64,000 nucleotides of DNA from positions 52,929-116,928 of the IMG/VR virus record IMGVR_UViG_3300005614_000001; one strand, written 5' to 3'. Positions 50,553 to 60,694 of the stretch are shown one piece after another; position 1 is the stretch's first letter, and the number at the start of each line of letters is the position of its first letter. The translations under genes and the position numbers were made by a program. The notes under the pieces are model-generated. The model made no database searches and was not told where the DNA came from. It worked only from the letters and a program-made list of their open reading frames with translations. Origin of the DNA: a virus. Lineage: Duplodnaviria; Caudoviricetes.

Positions 50553-51009
50553 AACCTGTAAAACTTGCAAATATTGGGGGAAAAACCTGCAAATAATGTC
50601 TATGTAAGCCTTAAAGATGCACCCTGTTCTAAAATAGATGATACAATCTGGATAATATTATCTGGAGATACACATGGTGTAGATATCGAATATATCAATA
50701 CGCCTGAGAATTTTGGATGTATTTTACATGAAGAAAGAACTGGTTAAACCAATAAAATAATGAAAATGTTACTATTATCAGCTATTACTGCAGGGGTCTG
50801 TACAACCCTTCTGGTAATAAAATTTAAAAGGTCATGAAATATATTATGAAACTATTATCTATATTTAAACGAAAGAAGAAAGAAAATAACAATATTTGTA
50901 TTATAGGGGAATTAAAGTTAAACAGGACAGTAGTAAGTAAGGAATTTATAAATAATTTCCCTGTATGGGATATAGGCAAACCATCATCTAACTTAATAAT
51001 AATCGAATA

Positions 51010-52236
51010 ATGACTGGAAAATATAAAATAGGGGATAAAGTTACCCCTATATCTAAATGTGGTAGTTGGGTAAGCTTAATTGAATCTTCTTGTTGGAATG
51101 AGGCAAAAAAGATGAATCAACCTTTTCTATATATAAAAAATATAGACGATCAAGGTGTTCATATGTGCTCAGAAGAAAATACTGATCCAATAAGATCAGA
51201 TTGGTTTTTTGAAAAAGATCTTATCCCATATATAGAGCCAAAAGTAATTGAAAAATCTAAAGAAACAACAAAAAGCATGAAAAACAAAAACAGAATAAAA
51301 GTAAAAGGTCCAAAATCCTTAATACTTGCATTTGCAGAAGAACTAAATAGTATAAGATATGTAAAAATTTCCCGCACCTTATTATCTCTAAATAATGAGC
51401 CGGAGAAAATTTACGAGAATAATTGTATAACAACTTATTCAGATGCAGGTTATACCATTTTAAATACAGAAAATATAGCCAAGTATGGGGATGGAGATGA
51501 ACCCATCTTTACCCTTCCAGAAGACTGGAACAAAGCATTAGAATTAGCTAAAGAAGAAATAGTACAAAAAGAGAAGTTTGAAGTAGGTGATTATGTAACT
51601 CTAAAATCTAAAGATAGTTATGGAGATGTTAAACCAGGAGAAGTTTTAAGAGTAGACACTATGGGAGCAGAAAATTGGATAGGTTTTAATAAGTATAAAG
51701 CATATGGAAATAGTAATAATCATCACAATCCAAGAGGGTTCAGAAAAGCTACAGAGCAAGAATATTTACAATATCATGTAGATAAAAGTGGGTTAAAGAT
51801 AGGTGATGTTATATCTGAAGATATTCTTAATGCCTGGAGTTCGGCTGGTGAAAATTATCATATGGATAGTTATAATTGGAGAAAAACTGAAACTGGTTTT
51901 ATAGGAGATAGGGATGTAAAGGAGTTTAAAATTGTCAAAGAAAAAGCCTGTATGCAAATAAGTGGAACAATGAGTGATGTTGCCTTATCTATAGAAGGAA
52001 TAGGAGAATTTATCAAAGAATACCACAAAGAAGATCTGAAATTTGATACCTATCTTCCTGAAGTAAAAGATGATTATACCATAAACTATGGTTGTCAGAA
52101 GTTTACAGAACAGCAATTAGAAGCTTATATTAGGTTATTAAAAGTACCGGGAATATCAGACATTACTATTCATGGAAGGAAATTAACAGAACAAATACTC
52201 ACATCTCTTATAAAAAAGATAGAAAATGGCAAATAA
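51010..52236 (+). CDS. Modular early protein (LPxDW / GC family with SH3-like inserts)
   Basis: YKIGDKV, FTLPEDWNKAL, FEVGDYV, NYGCQKF. Confidence 0.65.
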   Translation: MTGKYKIGDKVTPISKCGSWVSLIESSCWNEAKKMNQPFLYIKNIDDQGVHMCSEENTDPIRSDWFFEKDLIPYIEPKVIEKSKETTKSMKNKNRIKVKGPKSLILAFAEELNSIRYVKISRTLLSLNNEPEKIYENNCITTYSDAGYTILNTENIAKYGDGDEPIFTLPEDWNKALELAKEEIVQKEKFEVGDYVTLKSKDSYGDVKPGEVLRVDTMGAENWIGFNKYKAYGNSNNHHNPRGFRKATEQEYLQYHVDKSGLKIGDVISEDILNAWSSAGENYHMDSYNWRKTETGFIGDRDVKEFKIVKEKACMQISGTMSDVALSIEGIGEFIKEYHKEDLKFDTYLPEVKDDYTINYGCQKFTEQQLEAYIRLLKVPGISDITIHGRKLTEQILTSLIKKIENGK

Positions 52237-53296
52237 TTTCATAAATAGAGTAGAAGTGTCAGGTAATCTTGAACAATTAAGAGAATATGGAAAAGAACTG
52301 GAGAAGATGGGATATTCTTTACATTATGAATATCTCGATGATAAAAAGGCAACCTTCTTAGAAAGTTACGAAAATTTAGAAAGATATACAATTTATTGCC
52401 ACAGTACAAATACTATGTATAAACTCCCGGAAGATAAAGAATTAGCTTTAGGATTAGCAGCTATGAGAGAGGGAGATGATTTCCATGTAGGAGAGTATAT
52501 AAGAGTTACCAATAAAGGAAATAGTTATGATACTTTTACAAAAATGTTTAAAGAGTTAAATTTTAAAAACATAGAAGAGAAAGATTTACCTACTAATGGG
52601 ACAGTAGGGAAGATATTTGCAGTAAAAGAACACCCTGTATTTCCAGATACTATAATGTATGCTTTTATTACAGAAAGTGGTGAGGAGTATTTGATAGGCA
52701 GTAAGGGAGTACAAAAGTTAACAACAGAAGAATTAATCAATCATTTTAAAAACCAAAAACAAAGTATGAAACAGTTTTCAGTAAGTTCAGAGAGTAAAAC
52801 ATTAAAACAGGCATTTATCAATGAATTGAAAGAAAAGGGATGGGAACCAATGGGACGAGGAAGTGATGGTACTTTTATTAATGAAAAAGATGCATATCTA
52901 TCTCCCTGTAAAAACTATACTAAACAGTATATGGTAGAAAGAAAAAAAGAAACAAACTATATTCTTCCACAGGATTGGGATAGAGCTTTAAAAGCATTTG
53001 AAGATTATGCTAAAGAAGAAGAATTTACTTCTGTAATAGTTGGTTATACTGGTGGGGCTTTAGAGTTTAAAGTAAAGAAATCCGGAATTGTAGTAACAGA
53101 TCCAATGGACTCTGTAGTTACAGATCTCCCGGTAGACATAAAAATGTTAGAAAATGTAAGTCATATACCATTAGCTGTGTTTAATAGTTCCTGGGATATC
53201 ACTCCTGCTACAGTAAATATAGGGTGTAAGAAAGAGATATCTATAGAAGACTTAAAAAAAGTATTAAATACTTATAACCGATTAAATAACAAATAA
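52226..53296 (+). CDS. Modular early protein (two LPxD modules, GC C-terminus)
   Basis: YKLPEDKELA, EGDDFHVGE, ILPQDWDRAL, VNIGCKK. Confidence 0.65.
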   Translation: MANNFINRVEVSGNLEQLREYGKELEKMGYSLHYEYLDDKKATFLESYENLERYTIYCHSTNTMYKLPEDKELALGLAAMREGDDFHVGEYIRVTNKGNSYDTFTKMFKELNFKNIEEKDLPTNGTVGKIFAVKEHPVFPDTIMYAFITESGEEYLIGSKGVQKLTTEELINHFKNQKQSMKQFSVSSESKTLKQAFINELKEKGWEPMGRGSDGTFINEKDAYLSPCKNYTKQYMVERKKETNYILPQDWDRALKAFEDYAKEEEFTSVIVGYTGGALEFKVKKSGIVVTDPMDSVVTDLPVDIKMLENVSHIPLAVFNSSWDITPATVNIGCKKEISIEDLKKVLNTYNRLNNK

Positions 53297-53307
53297 AACC
53301 ACAACAG

Positions 53308-53943
53308 ATGGAAAATAACCACACAAAACAGTACAGCTCCTGGAAAATACAGGATGATCTATATCTTCTAAAGAACTACAAACCAGGAGAGAATGAGAGT
53401 GAAATAGGGGCATTTCTTAAAAGAACAAATTGGGCAGTGAAGGGCAGATGGTACAGGCTTAGTAAATCATCCTCCAGGGTGAAAGAGGTAGCAAGGTCAT
53501 TTCCTGAAGCAAATATTACTAACCCATTCACTGAAAATAGTGAGAACATAAAAGAAACAAATAATCAACATTCAAATTTATCACATCAACCTTCAATTAT
53601 GAAACGATATACAATAGAAGATGAATTATATATAGCCAACAACCTGGATAAAAAAGATAATGTGTTAGCTCTTAAATTAAATAGAGGAAGTGGAGCAATA
53701 AGTGTTAAAAAGAGTGAAGTGAAAAGAAAGCTCCGGGATAGTTCATCTAAGCTCTACAGGGCCTGGAAGAAGCAGAATAAAATGACAGACCTAGGTAATG
53801 TTCTCCTTAAAGACACCTCTTCTGTAAAAGCCCCAAAAGTGGCAATACAACAATCTTCTATTAATGGAAATACAGTCACTGTACCATTTAAAGATATACA
53901 GATAGACTGGAGCACTAAAAGTCTTATATTTACAATAAATTAG
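53308..53943 (+). CDS. Protein with two Myb/SANT-like HTH repeats
   Basis: WKIQDDLYLLKNY...LKRTNWAVKGRW and YTIEDELYIANN...LNRGSGAISVKK. Confidence 0.55.
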   Translation: MENNHTKQYSSWKIQDDLYLLKNYKPGENESEIGAFLKRTNWAVKGRWYRLSKSSSRVKEVARSFPEANITNPFTENSENIKETNNQHSNLSHQPSIMKRYTIEDELYIANNLDKKDNVLALKLNRGSGAISVKKSEVKRKLRDSSSKLYRAWKKQNKMTDLGNVLLKDTSSVKAPKVAIQQSSINGNTVTVPFKDIQIDWSTKSLIFTIN

Positions 53944-54003
53944 TTCTTTGTGTGTCATAACCTATAAATCCTATCACTTTTTGAAAACAAAATATAATAT
54001 ATT

Positions 54004-56010
54004 ATGGATTTAAATAAAGTCACCATTTACGACATAGAATTATTAGCCTGTCATTTTAGTATAACTTTTGCAAATATAGAATTCTCTGATGTTGAGGATA
54101 TGGCTATAGATCAGTTCCAGGATGACAGATATAAATTAGCAAAGAAACTGAAAGATAGGAGCTTTGACTATATGTGTGGCTTTAATAATATAGGATATGA
54201 CTGGCAGGTACTTCAGTATTTCCTGGATAACTATGAAAAATGGCATGACTTATCAGCTTTACAGGTAGTAGAGAAGATGTATGCTTTCTCCCAGGAAATA
54301 ATAGATAATCAGAACTATGAGCTCCCCCCACCTTATAGAGAAGCTTATTTTTCTATTCCGCAAATAGATCTGTTCTCTATTTGGCATTTTAATAATGTCA
54401 ACCGTAAAACGTCCTTAAAATTTATAGAATTCAGTACTAATTTTGAGAATCTGGAAGAAATGTCTGTTCATCATAGTATATTTTATCTTACTGTAGAACA
54501 AAGAGAGGAGTTAGATGGATATAGAAGAAATGATGTAAAAGCTACCTGTTTACTTCTTAAGTTTACTTTAGGGGAAACAGATCATCCTTTATATAAAGGA
54601 ATGAATAAAATAGAACTTAGAGAGAATATACAAAAGGAGTTTGGTTTTGGAGATTATTGCCTGAACTGGAATGATGTTAAGATAGGAGATGAGCTTAATA
54701 AAAAGAATTATTGTGACCTTAAAAAAATAGACAAAAGAAGGTTATATGACATTAAAAAGGGCGCAAGAACAAGACATAATTTCTATTTTAAAGATTGCTT
54801 CCCCTCTTATGTAAACTTTCAACTTCCAGAATTTCAAAGCTTTATAGATAAGCTTGGGAAGGTAAAAGTTAACATGAACGAAAAACAGGAATTCATTTTC
54901 TCCTATAATGGAACAGATTACAATATAGCTAAGGGGGGTATTCATTCTAATATGAAGCCTGGAGTAATAGAACCAAAAGAAGGAGAAAAATATATTAGTG
55001 CAGATATTGGTAGTCAATATCCAAATGCTATACGTAAAAGAAGATTGTTCCCTTCGCACCTAGGAGAGATTTGGAATAAAATATATTCTTCTAACATTCA
55101 GAAGAGATTAGAGGCTAAAGCTTTATTTAAAGAAACCAAAGACCCCAAATATGACGCACTTCAGGGAGCATATAAGTTAATTTTAAATGGGTCTTATGGT
55201 AAATTGAATGAACGCACTAACTGGCAATATGATGGATATGCAGCTATGTGTGTTACTATTGGAAGCCAGGTAGATATATTAATGTTAATAGAAAGATTGG
55301 AAAGGAGTGGAATCCATGTAGTGACAGCCAATACAGATTCTATAGATGTTATCTTCCCAAATGAAGCAGAAGGACTTTATTATAAAATATGCAAAGAATG
55401 GGAGGAAGAGGTGGGTAATGATATATTGGGAAAATTAGAGTATGATGAATATAGTAAAGTAGTAATGACATCTATTAATGATTATTTAGCTGTTACAAAG
55501 GAAGGAAAAATTAAGGTAAAAGGTGATTTTGTATCAGTAATGGAGTTGCATAAAAATAAGTCAAAATCTATCATTCCTATAGCTCTCCAGGCATATTATA
55601 AAGATAACACTCCAATAGAAGAAACTATTAAAAACCACAAAGAAATCTTTGATTTCTGCATTTGTCAAAAAGCAACCAGGCAGTTTCATTATATAGGAAG
55701 AGATATGACCACAGGGTATACAAATCATTATAATAAGATGATAAGGTATTTTGTATCTACTACCGGGGAAAAACTATTAAAGATAAAAAATGAAGATACA
55801 GATAGCAAAGCTCCTAAAGTAAGAGAGTGCGAGGCTGGAGATTATAAGTGTACTTTATTTAATAAGGCATTTTTTTATGATAAAATGGAAGATTATAATA
55901 TTGATTATCAGTATTATATAGATAAAACACTAGCTATAATACATAAAATAGAACCAGAAAAGAAAAGATTACATGAAAGTATTAAAAAACAACAACTTAG
56001 TTTATTTTAA
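54004..56010 (+). CDS. polB: Family B DNA polymerase
   Basis: YDIE exonuclease motif, GFNNIGYD, SADIGSQYPN, YKLILNGSYGK, ANTDS. Confidence 0.9.
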   Translation: MDLNKVTIYDIELLACHFSITFANIEFSDVEDMAIDQFQDDRYKLAKKLKDRSFDYMCGFNNIGYDWQVLQYFLDNYEKWHDLSALQVVEKMYAFSQEIIDNQNYELPPPYREAYFSIPQIDLFSIWHFNNVNRKTSLKFIEFSTNFENLEEMSVHHSIFYLTVEQREELDGYRRNDVKATCLLLKFTLGETDHPLYKGMNKIELRENIQKEFGFGDYCLNWNDVKIGDELNKKNYCDLKKIDKRRLYDIKKGARTRHNFYFKDCFPSYVNFQLPEFQSFIDKLGKVKVNMNEKQEFIFSYNGTDYNIAKGGIHSNMKPGVIEPKEGEKYISADIGSQYPNAIRKRRLFPSHLGEIWNKIYSSNIQKRLEAKALFKETKDPKYDALQGAYKLILNGSYGKLNERTNWQYDGYAAMCVTIGSQVDILMLIERLERSGIHVVTANTDSIDVIFPNEAEGLYYKICKEWEEEVGNDILGKLEYDEYSKVVMTSINDYLAVTKEGKIKVKGDFVSVMELHKNKSKSIIPIALQAYYKDNTPIEETIKNHKEIFDFCICQKATRQFHYIGRDMTTGYTNHYNKMIRYFVSTTGEKLLKIKNEDTDSKAPKVRECEAGDYKCTLFNKAFFYDKMEDYNIDYQYYIDKTLAIIHKIEPEKKRLHESIKKQQLSLF

Positions 56011-56023
56011 ATAAAAACACGAT

Positions 56024-56965
56024 ATGAAACCAAGATTTAAATTATCAATTTTAGTTAATAACCAGGAGGAAAAAGATATAGTATCTAAAATATTTGAAAA
56101 GATAGAAATGTATGAAAAGTATAACTTTTCAGAGGGTGGATTTCCTCATTATATAGTTAATAATTTAGGAGAAGTGCCAGGTGCTTGGAGTGACACCAGT
56201 ACAAAAAAAGGAAATACTCGTGGTAGAACAGTGATAGATCAGTGGAATGAACCATTACTACAAGCATTATTATCTGCTACAGAAGGAGATGACTTTACAG
56301 TAGGAGAATGGGTAAAAGCTGAAAAAAGCTCATACTATTCATTTACAGAAGATAAACTATACAAGATAAGAACATTAAACGATAGTGCAGGAAATATAGG
56401 TATAGAAATAGATGATAACGGGAGTAAAACTAATGGATGGATTAGCAGTATGTGGGCTAAACCTACTATAGAAGAATTAAAACAACACTTTTTAAATATG
56501 AAAGAAGATAAAGAATTAATTGGATATGAATTATTAAAAGATTTTTATGGACTTCATAAAGGGTATACATTTACAATACACAATAAAGGAGCTACTATAT
56601 CTATGAATGAAAGATGTGGTATAAAATTAAATTATGAAATTACTAAAGAAGCACTATCTGATACTTCTATTTTCAAACCTGTATATAAAGAAGTAATTAA
56701 AGAAGTAGTCAGGACAATAAAGCCAGAAGTAGGGAGTGATATAACTTTGAAAATTACAAAGGGTGGTATTATAGCTATACCTGGAGATAGCCCGGAATAC
56801 ATTTGGGATAAAGAAGATATAAAAGAATTTAAAAGATTATTACTAAGTGTAGTTTTTAAAGGGTGGAGTATAATATCAAATACTGTGGATATAGGGTGTA
56901 GGAAAGGAATAAAAGTATCAGATTTGCAGGAATGTATAGATATTTATGATAAAATGCAGAAGTAA
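56024..56965 (+). CDS. Modular protein of the GC C-terminal family
   Basis: EGDDFTVGE; VDIGCRKGIKVSDL. Confidence 0.6.
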   Translation: MKPRFKLSILVNNQEEKDIVSKIFEKIEMYEKYNFSEGGFPHYIVNNLGEVPGAWSDTSTKKGNTRGRTVIDQWNEPLLQALLSATEGDDFTVGEWVKAEKSSYYSFTEDKLYKIRTLNDSAGNIGIEIDDNGSKTNGWISSMWAKPTIEELKQHFLNMKEDKELIGYELLKDFYGLHKGYTFTIHNKGATISMNERCGIKLNYEITKEALSDTSIFKPVYKEVIKEVVRTIKPEVGSDITLKITKGGIIAIPGDSPEYIWDKEDIKEFKRLLLSVVFKGWSIISNTVDIGCRKGIKVSDLQECIDIYDKMQK

Positions 56966-56994
56966 CTTCTTTTTTTCACTTTTAAAACTATTTT

Positions 56995-57228
56995 ATGGGG
57001 TACTACAAAGATGAATTTATGAACTTCCTACAGGAGGATTATGAATATATAGCTCAAAGAGAGCAGTTTTGGTTAGAAGCTGAAGAAGAAATAGCTTATC
57101 AAAAGCTTAAAAAAGACCCACTTTTTGCACCATTCTCTCAAAAGAAGCAGAAAATAGAAAGAAAACAGCCAAAATACATTAGTAAATATAAAGTAGTGAA
57201 GAATAACTTTAAAAAGACAAAGAAATAG
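56995..57228 (+). CDS. Hypothetical protein
   Basis: 77 aa, acidic N-terminus and basic C-terminus. Confidence 0.5.
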   Translation: MGYYKDEFMNFLQEDYEYIAQREQFWLEAEEEIAYQKLKKDPLFAPFSQKKQKIERKQPKYISKYKVVKNNFKKTKK

Positions 57229-57270
57229 CAGAAGAGGAATTAAATTTTGATGGAAATTATGATTTTATAC

Positions 57271-57298
57271 AAAAGGGTGCTATCTTAGCATCCTTTTT
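57271..57298 (+). terminator. Intrinsic terminator-like hairpin
   Basis: AAAAGGGTGCTA-TCT-TAGCATCCTTTTT. Confidence 0.55.
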
Positions 57299-57319
57299 AT
57301 ATTTAAACCTTTATATATT

Positions 57320-57928
57320 ATGTTGGAAAAAATCTCACTTACACAGATCAAGCAATTACATGAACTTCGCCTGAATTTAGACCACTTATGGGCTTTAGAC
57401 AGATTAGTAGCTGGTAAACCAGTAGATGAAGATAGTGTAATAGTACAAGGACTTAAAAGAAAGCTATTCTTAGTAGATAATACTGTCACCCCTGCAGGGA
57501 AGGAGTTCTATGAGATGATAGTCAATATGAAACCCCTGGATAGCAATATAAGTGCTAAAGCAGTGATAAAGAAGCAAAGAGATGCAGGAAATGCTCATTT
57601 CAATGAATGGTGGAAAGTCTATCCAAGCAGTAATGAATTTACTTATAAAGGGAAAAACTTTGCAGGATTGCAGAAAAAGAACCTGAATAAAACAGAGTGC
57701 TGTGCTAAGTTCATGGAGATCACTGCTACTGGTGAATTTACCCCGGAGCAAGTGATAGAAGGAACTAAAAACCATATAGAAACAGCAAAAGAACAATCTT
57801 TTCGTACGGGAGATAATAAACTTACTTACATCCCTAATAGCTTAAGGTATTTAAGGGAGAGGTATTTTGAGCCATTTATTAATAAAAAGGTGGCAAAACA
57901 GGAAGATACTACCATGACAGGTATATAA
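57320..57928 (+). CDS. Putative replication initiator / helicase loader
   Basis: FNEWWKVYP...YIPNSLRYL C-terminal domain; directly upstream of the helicase. Confidence 0.55.
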   Translation: MLEKISLTQIKQLHELRLNLDHLWALDRLVAGKPVDEDSVIVQGLKRKLFLVDNTVTPAGKEFYEMIVNMKPLDSNISAKAVIKKQRDAGNAHFNEWWKVYPSSNEFTYKGKNFAGLQKKNLNKTECCAKFMEITATGEFTPEQVIEGTKNHIETAKEQSFRTGDNKLTYIPNSLRYLRERYFEPFINKKVAKQEDTTMTGI

Positions 57929-57937
57929 ACTAAATAT

Positions 57938-59032
57938 ATGACAGCATATGAGAATTTACAGCAAGAAATAGAGCATGGTATATCTGGTAAAAATGATGGG
58001 CTTCCTATAGGACTTCCAAGAGCTAATAAATATATAGGATTAAGAAGAGGCGTAAATACTGCTATAATCTCGGCAACAGGTATGGGAAAGTCCTCAATGC
58101 TCCAGAATAACTATATATTAAACCCAGTAGACCACTATTTACAGAATAAACATAAGCCTGGAGTAATAAAGCCCAAAATCTTTCTCTTTAGTATGGAGAG
58201 ACCAGAGGTATATACAGTTGCTAAATGGATGAGTAGAAAGATATTCTTAGATCAGGGAATATTAGTACCTGTGGGAAAGATGTTAGGATGGTGGGAAGAG
58301 AAACTTACTATGGATGAAAAAAACCTCATTCATGAATTTAAGTGGTATATAGACGAGATAATAGAAGGAGGCTTAATAGATATCATCTCTGGTCCACAAA
58401 ATCCTACAGGGGTCTATAGGCACATTAAAAACTATGCTGAATCCAAAGGAAGAATAGAACATTTATCAGAATATAAGAAGATATACATCCCGGAAGATAA
58501 TACAGAACTTGTAGTGGTAGCATTAGACCATTTTGGCTTAATGAGGTTAGAAAAAGGGTTGAATACTAAAAAAGAAGCTATAGATAAAACCTGTGAATAT
58601 ATGCAGTTCTTCAGGGATTTATATAATTATTCATGTGTTGGGGTATCACAGTTAAATAGAGATATAGCTTCCCCGGTAATGCTTAAAATGGGAGATGTAG
58701 AACCATCTTTAGAAACTATTAAGGAAAGTGGCAGGATTGCCGAAGATTTCGAGATAGTGATTTCAGTGTTTGACCCTCTTAGATATGATTTTTCACATAC
58801 TTTAGAAAAAGATAAATTAGGGTATGAACCATATAAAATGGAAGATAAACAAACTGGCTCCCGGTATTACAGAAGAATAAAGATATTAAAAAATAGCTAC
58901 TCAGTTTCAGATCTAGGGATAGGAGCCTGCTTACATGGTCCTACAGGAATATTATGTGAACTCCCAAAAGTAAAAGATATAACAGATAATACTTATGAAA
59001 GCATATTAAGTAATTCATACTTTTTAAAATAA
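57938..59032 (+). CDS. dnaB: DnaB-like replicative helicase
   Basis: ATGMGKS, FSME, LDHFGL, SQLNRD, KESGRIAED, ILKN. Confidence 0.88.
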   Translation: MTAYENLQQEIEHGISGKNDGLPIGLPRANKYIGLRRGVNTAIISATGMGKSSMLQNNYILNPVDHYLQNKHKPGVIKPKIFLFSMERPEVYTVAKWMSRKIFLDQGILVPVGKMLGWWEEKLTMDEKNLIHEFKWYIDEIIEGGLIDIISGPQNPTGVYRHIKNYAESKGRIEHLSEYKKIYIPEDNTELVVVALDHFGLMRLEKGLNTKKEAIDKTCEYMQFFRDLYNYSCVGVSQLNRDIASPVMLKMGDVEPSLETIKESGRIAEDFEIVISVFDPLRYDFSHTLEKDKLGYEPYKMEDKQTGSRYYRRIKILKNSYSVSDLGIGACLHGPTGILCELPKVKDITDNTYESILSNSYFLK

Positions 59033-59036
59033 GCTT

Positions 59037-59210
59037 ATGGATATAGCAGAACTAAGAGTAAAGAAAAATGAACTGGAGAAAGAGATCCAACTCCTGGTAA
59101 GAAGGTTTGAAAATGAAACCTCTACAAAAGTAGATAATATAGAAATGGATAAGAAGCCAGGAGAGCAGGGAACATTAATTAAATCAATAGTAGTAAATGT
59201 GAAAATATAA
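59037..59210 (+). CDS. 57-aa small protein (below cutoff)
   Basis: MDIAELRVKKNELEKEIQLLVRRFENET...; TAATG overlap with the next gene. Confidence 0.55.
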   Translation: MDIAELRVKKNELEKEIQLLVRRFENETSTKVDNIEMDKKPGEQGTLIKSIVVNVKI

Positions 59211-59965
59211 TGAATAAAGATAGATCAGATGCCCTTTACTATAGTATTCAATCTTATATTAAAGAGTTAGGAAATCGGAAACCAGATCCTTTTTGCCCTG
59301 AATTATTAAATGAACTAATTAATTATAATCCATATAAACAAAAAAGTATTATGAAGAAATACACTATAGAAGAAATGCAAAAAATGGATAATCCTCCATG
59401 GATAAAATGTATTAATATAAATCAAGCTAAAAAACTAGGCCATTATTGTTTTATTACTGTTCATGACCTTCAGTACTTTAACTTTTATAATAGTTTTGAA
59501 GACAATAAAGTAGTATATATTTATATAAGAAAGAAGAATAATACAAGTGGAGGTTGGGTGAATAATATAGATTATGTAATTAGAACTGGTACAGAAATAA
59601 TAGATTTTTCACAAGTAATATTTCCAAAAGATCAACAAAATAACAATAACAATAACGATAACATGAAAGAAGAATATAAAGTAGATAAAGATTTTATCCT
59701 CCAGGCACATAAAGCTGCATGTAGTGAATGGAAAGGGAAGTTAGAAGATAAATTCCCAGAATTATTTCCAGAGGGTCCTATAGGAATAGAAGGACCAATT
59801 CAAATTAATACATCAGACACAAAATTTTTATATATAGGAAATGTTTATGCGGAACGAAGCTTAAATAATAAATGCTTAATAGTAGGAGATGGCTATAGAG
59901 TGGAAGTAAAAATTCACCCTACTTCAGGGAGACAACAATTAGTATTTTACAAGAAAAAGAATTAA
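59210..59965 (+). CDS. Hypothetical two-domain protein
   Basis: Poly-N linker; FILQAHKAACSEWKGKLEDKFPELF. Confidence 0.55.
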   Translation: MNKDRSDALYYSIQSYIKELGNRKPDPFCPELLNELINYNPYKQKSIMKKYTIEEMQKMDNPPWIKCININQAKKLGHYCFITVHDLQYFNFYNSFEDNKVVYIYIRKKNNTSGGWVNNIDYVIRTGTEIIDFSQVIFPKDQQNNNNNNDNMKEEYKVDKDFILQAHKAACSEWKGKLEDKFPELFPEGPIGIEGPIQINTSDTKFLYIGNVYAERSLNNKCLIVGDGYRVEVKIHPTSGRQQLVFYKKKN

Positions 59966-60004
59966 TTTTATAATAAAGAAAAAGATAAACAATTAAAATA
60001 GAAT

Positions 60005-60694
60005 ATGAGTCAAACAAAAGAAAAAGTAGGAACAGATACACCTACAAAAGATAGAATATACTATGCAAAGGTTGCAATAGTAGGACCTAGTGGAGGAGGA
60101 AAGTCATATCTTTCCAAAACTGCAGATAAAAAGACAGTAGGATTAGTGAATATAGAAAGAAAACCTCTACCATATAAAACAGAGCCATTTGTCTTTGAAG
60201 GGAAGCCTAAAACCTGGAGTGGATTTATGAAGTGTATTAAAGATTTTGGTGAAAATCCAGAAATTACAGCACTTATTATAGATTCTCAGACAATGGCATT
60301 TAATATCCTTAATAAGGAAATGTCGCAGAATTTCCAGGGATATGATATATACAAGAATTATAATAGGCAAGTATATGAATACCTAGAGCTAATAAAGAAT
60401 ATAGAAAAGGATATAATAGTCCTATCTCATGATGAATTGGTAAAATTAGATGAAGGTAGTAAGGTAAAGAGAATGGCTACTCACGGAAAAGAGTTTGAGG
60501 GAAAAATAGAACAACACTATTCTATAGTACTCTATACAGGAACCAGATTGAAAGATGGGAGGCCGCAGTACTTCCTGAAGACTTTTGAGCAGGACACCAG
60601 TACTAAATGCCCTGAAGGGTTATTTGGAGACTCCCTGGAGATAGCAAACGATGCTGGTTTTATATTTGAAAGATTACAAGATTACTATAGCTAA
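60005..60694 (+). CDS. AAA_24 / Sak4-like ATPase
   Basis: GPSGGGKS, NIERKPLP, LIIDS, LSHDE. Confidence 0.8.
   Translation: MSQTKEKVGTDTPTKDRIYYAKVAIVGPSGGGKSYLSKTADKKTVGLVNIERKPLPYKTEPFVFEGKPKTWSGFMKCIKDFGENPEITALIIDSQTMAFNILNKEMSQNFQGYDIYKNYNRQVYEYLELIKNIEKDIIVLSHDELVKLDEGSKVKRMATHGKEFEGKIEQHYSIVLYTGTRLKDGRPQYFLKTFEQDTSTKCPEGLFGDSLEIANDAGFIFERLQDYYS

Noticed and set aside
59636-59663. AAC/AAT-rich tract as a DGR template repeat
   Set aside because: Encodes a poly-Asn linker; no reverse transcriptase or matching variable repeat seen
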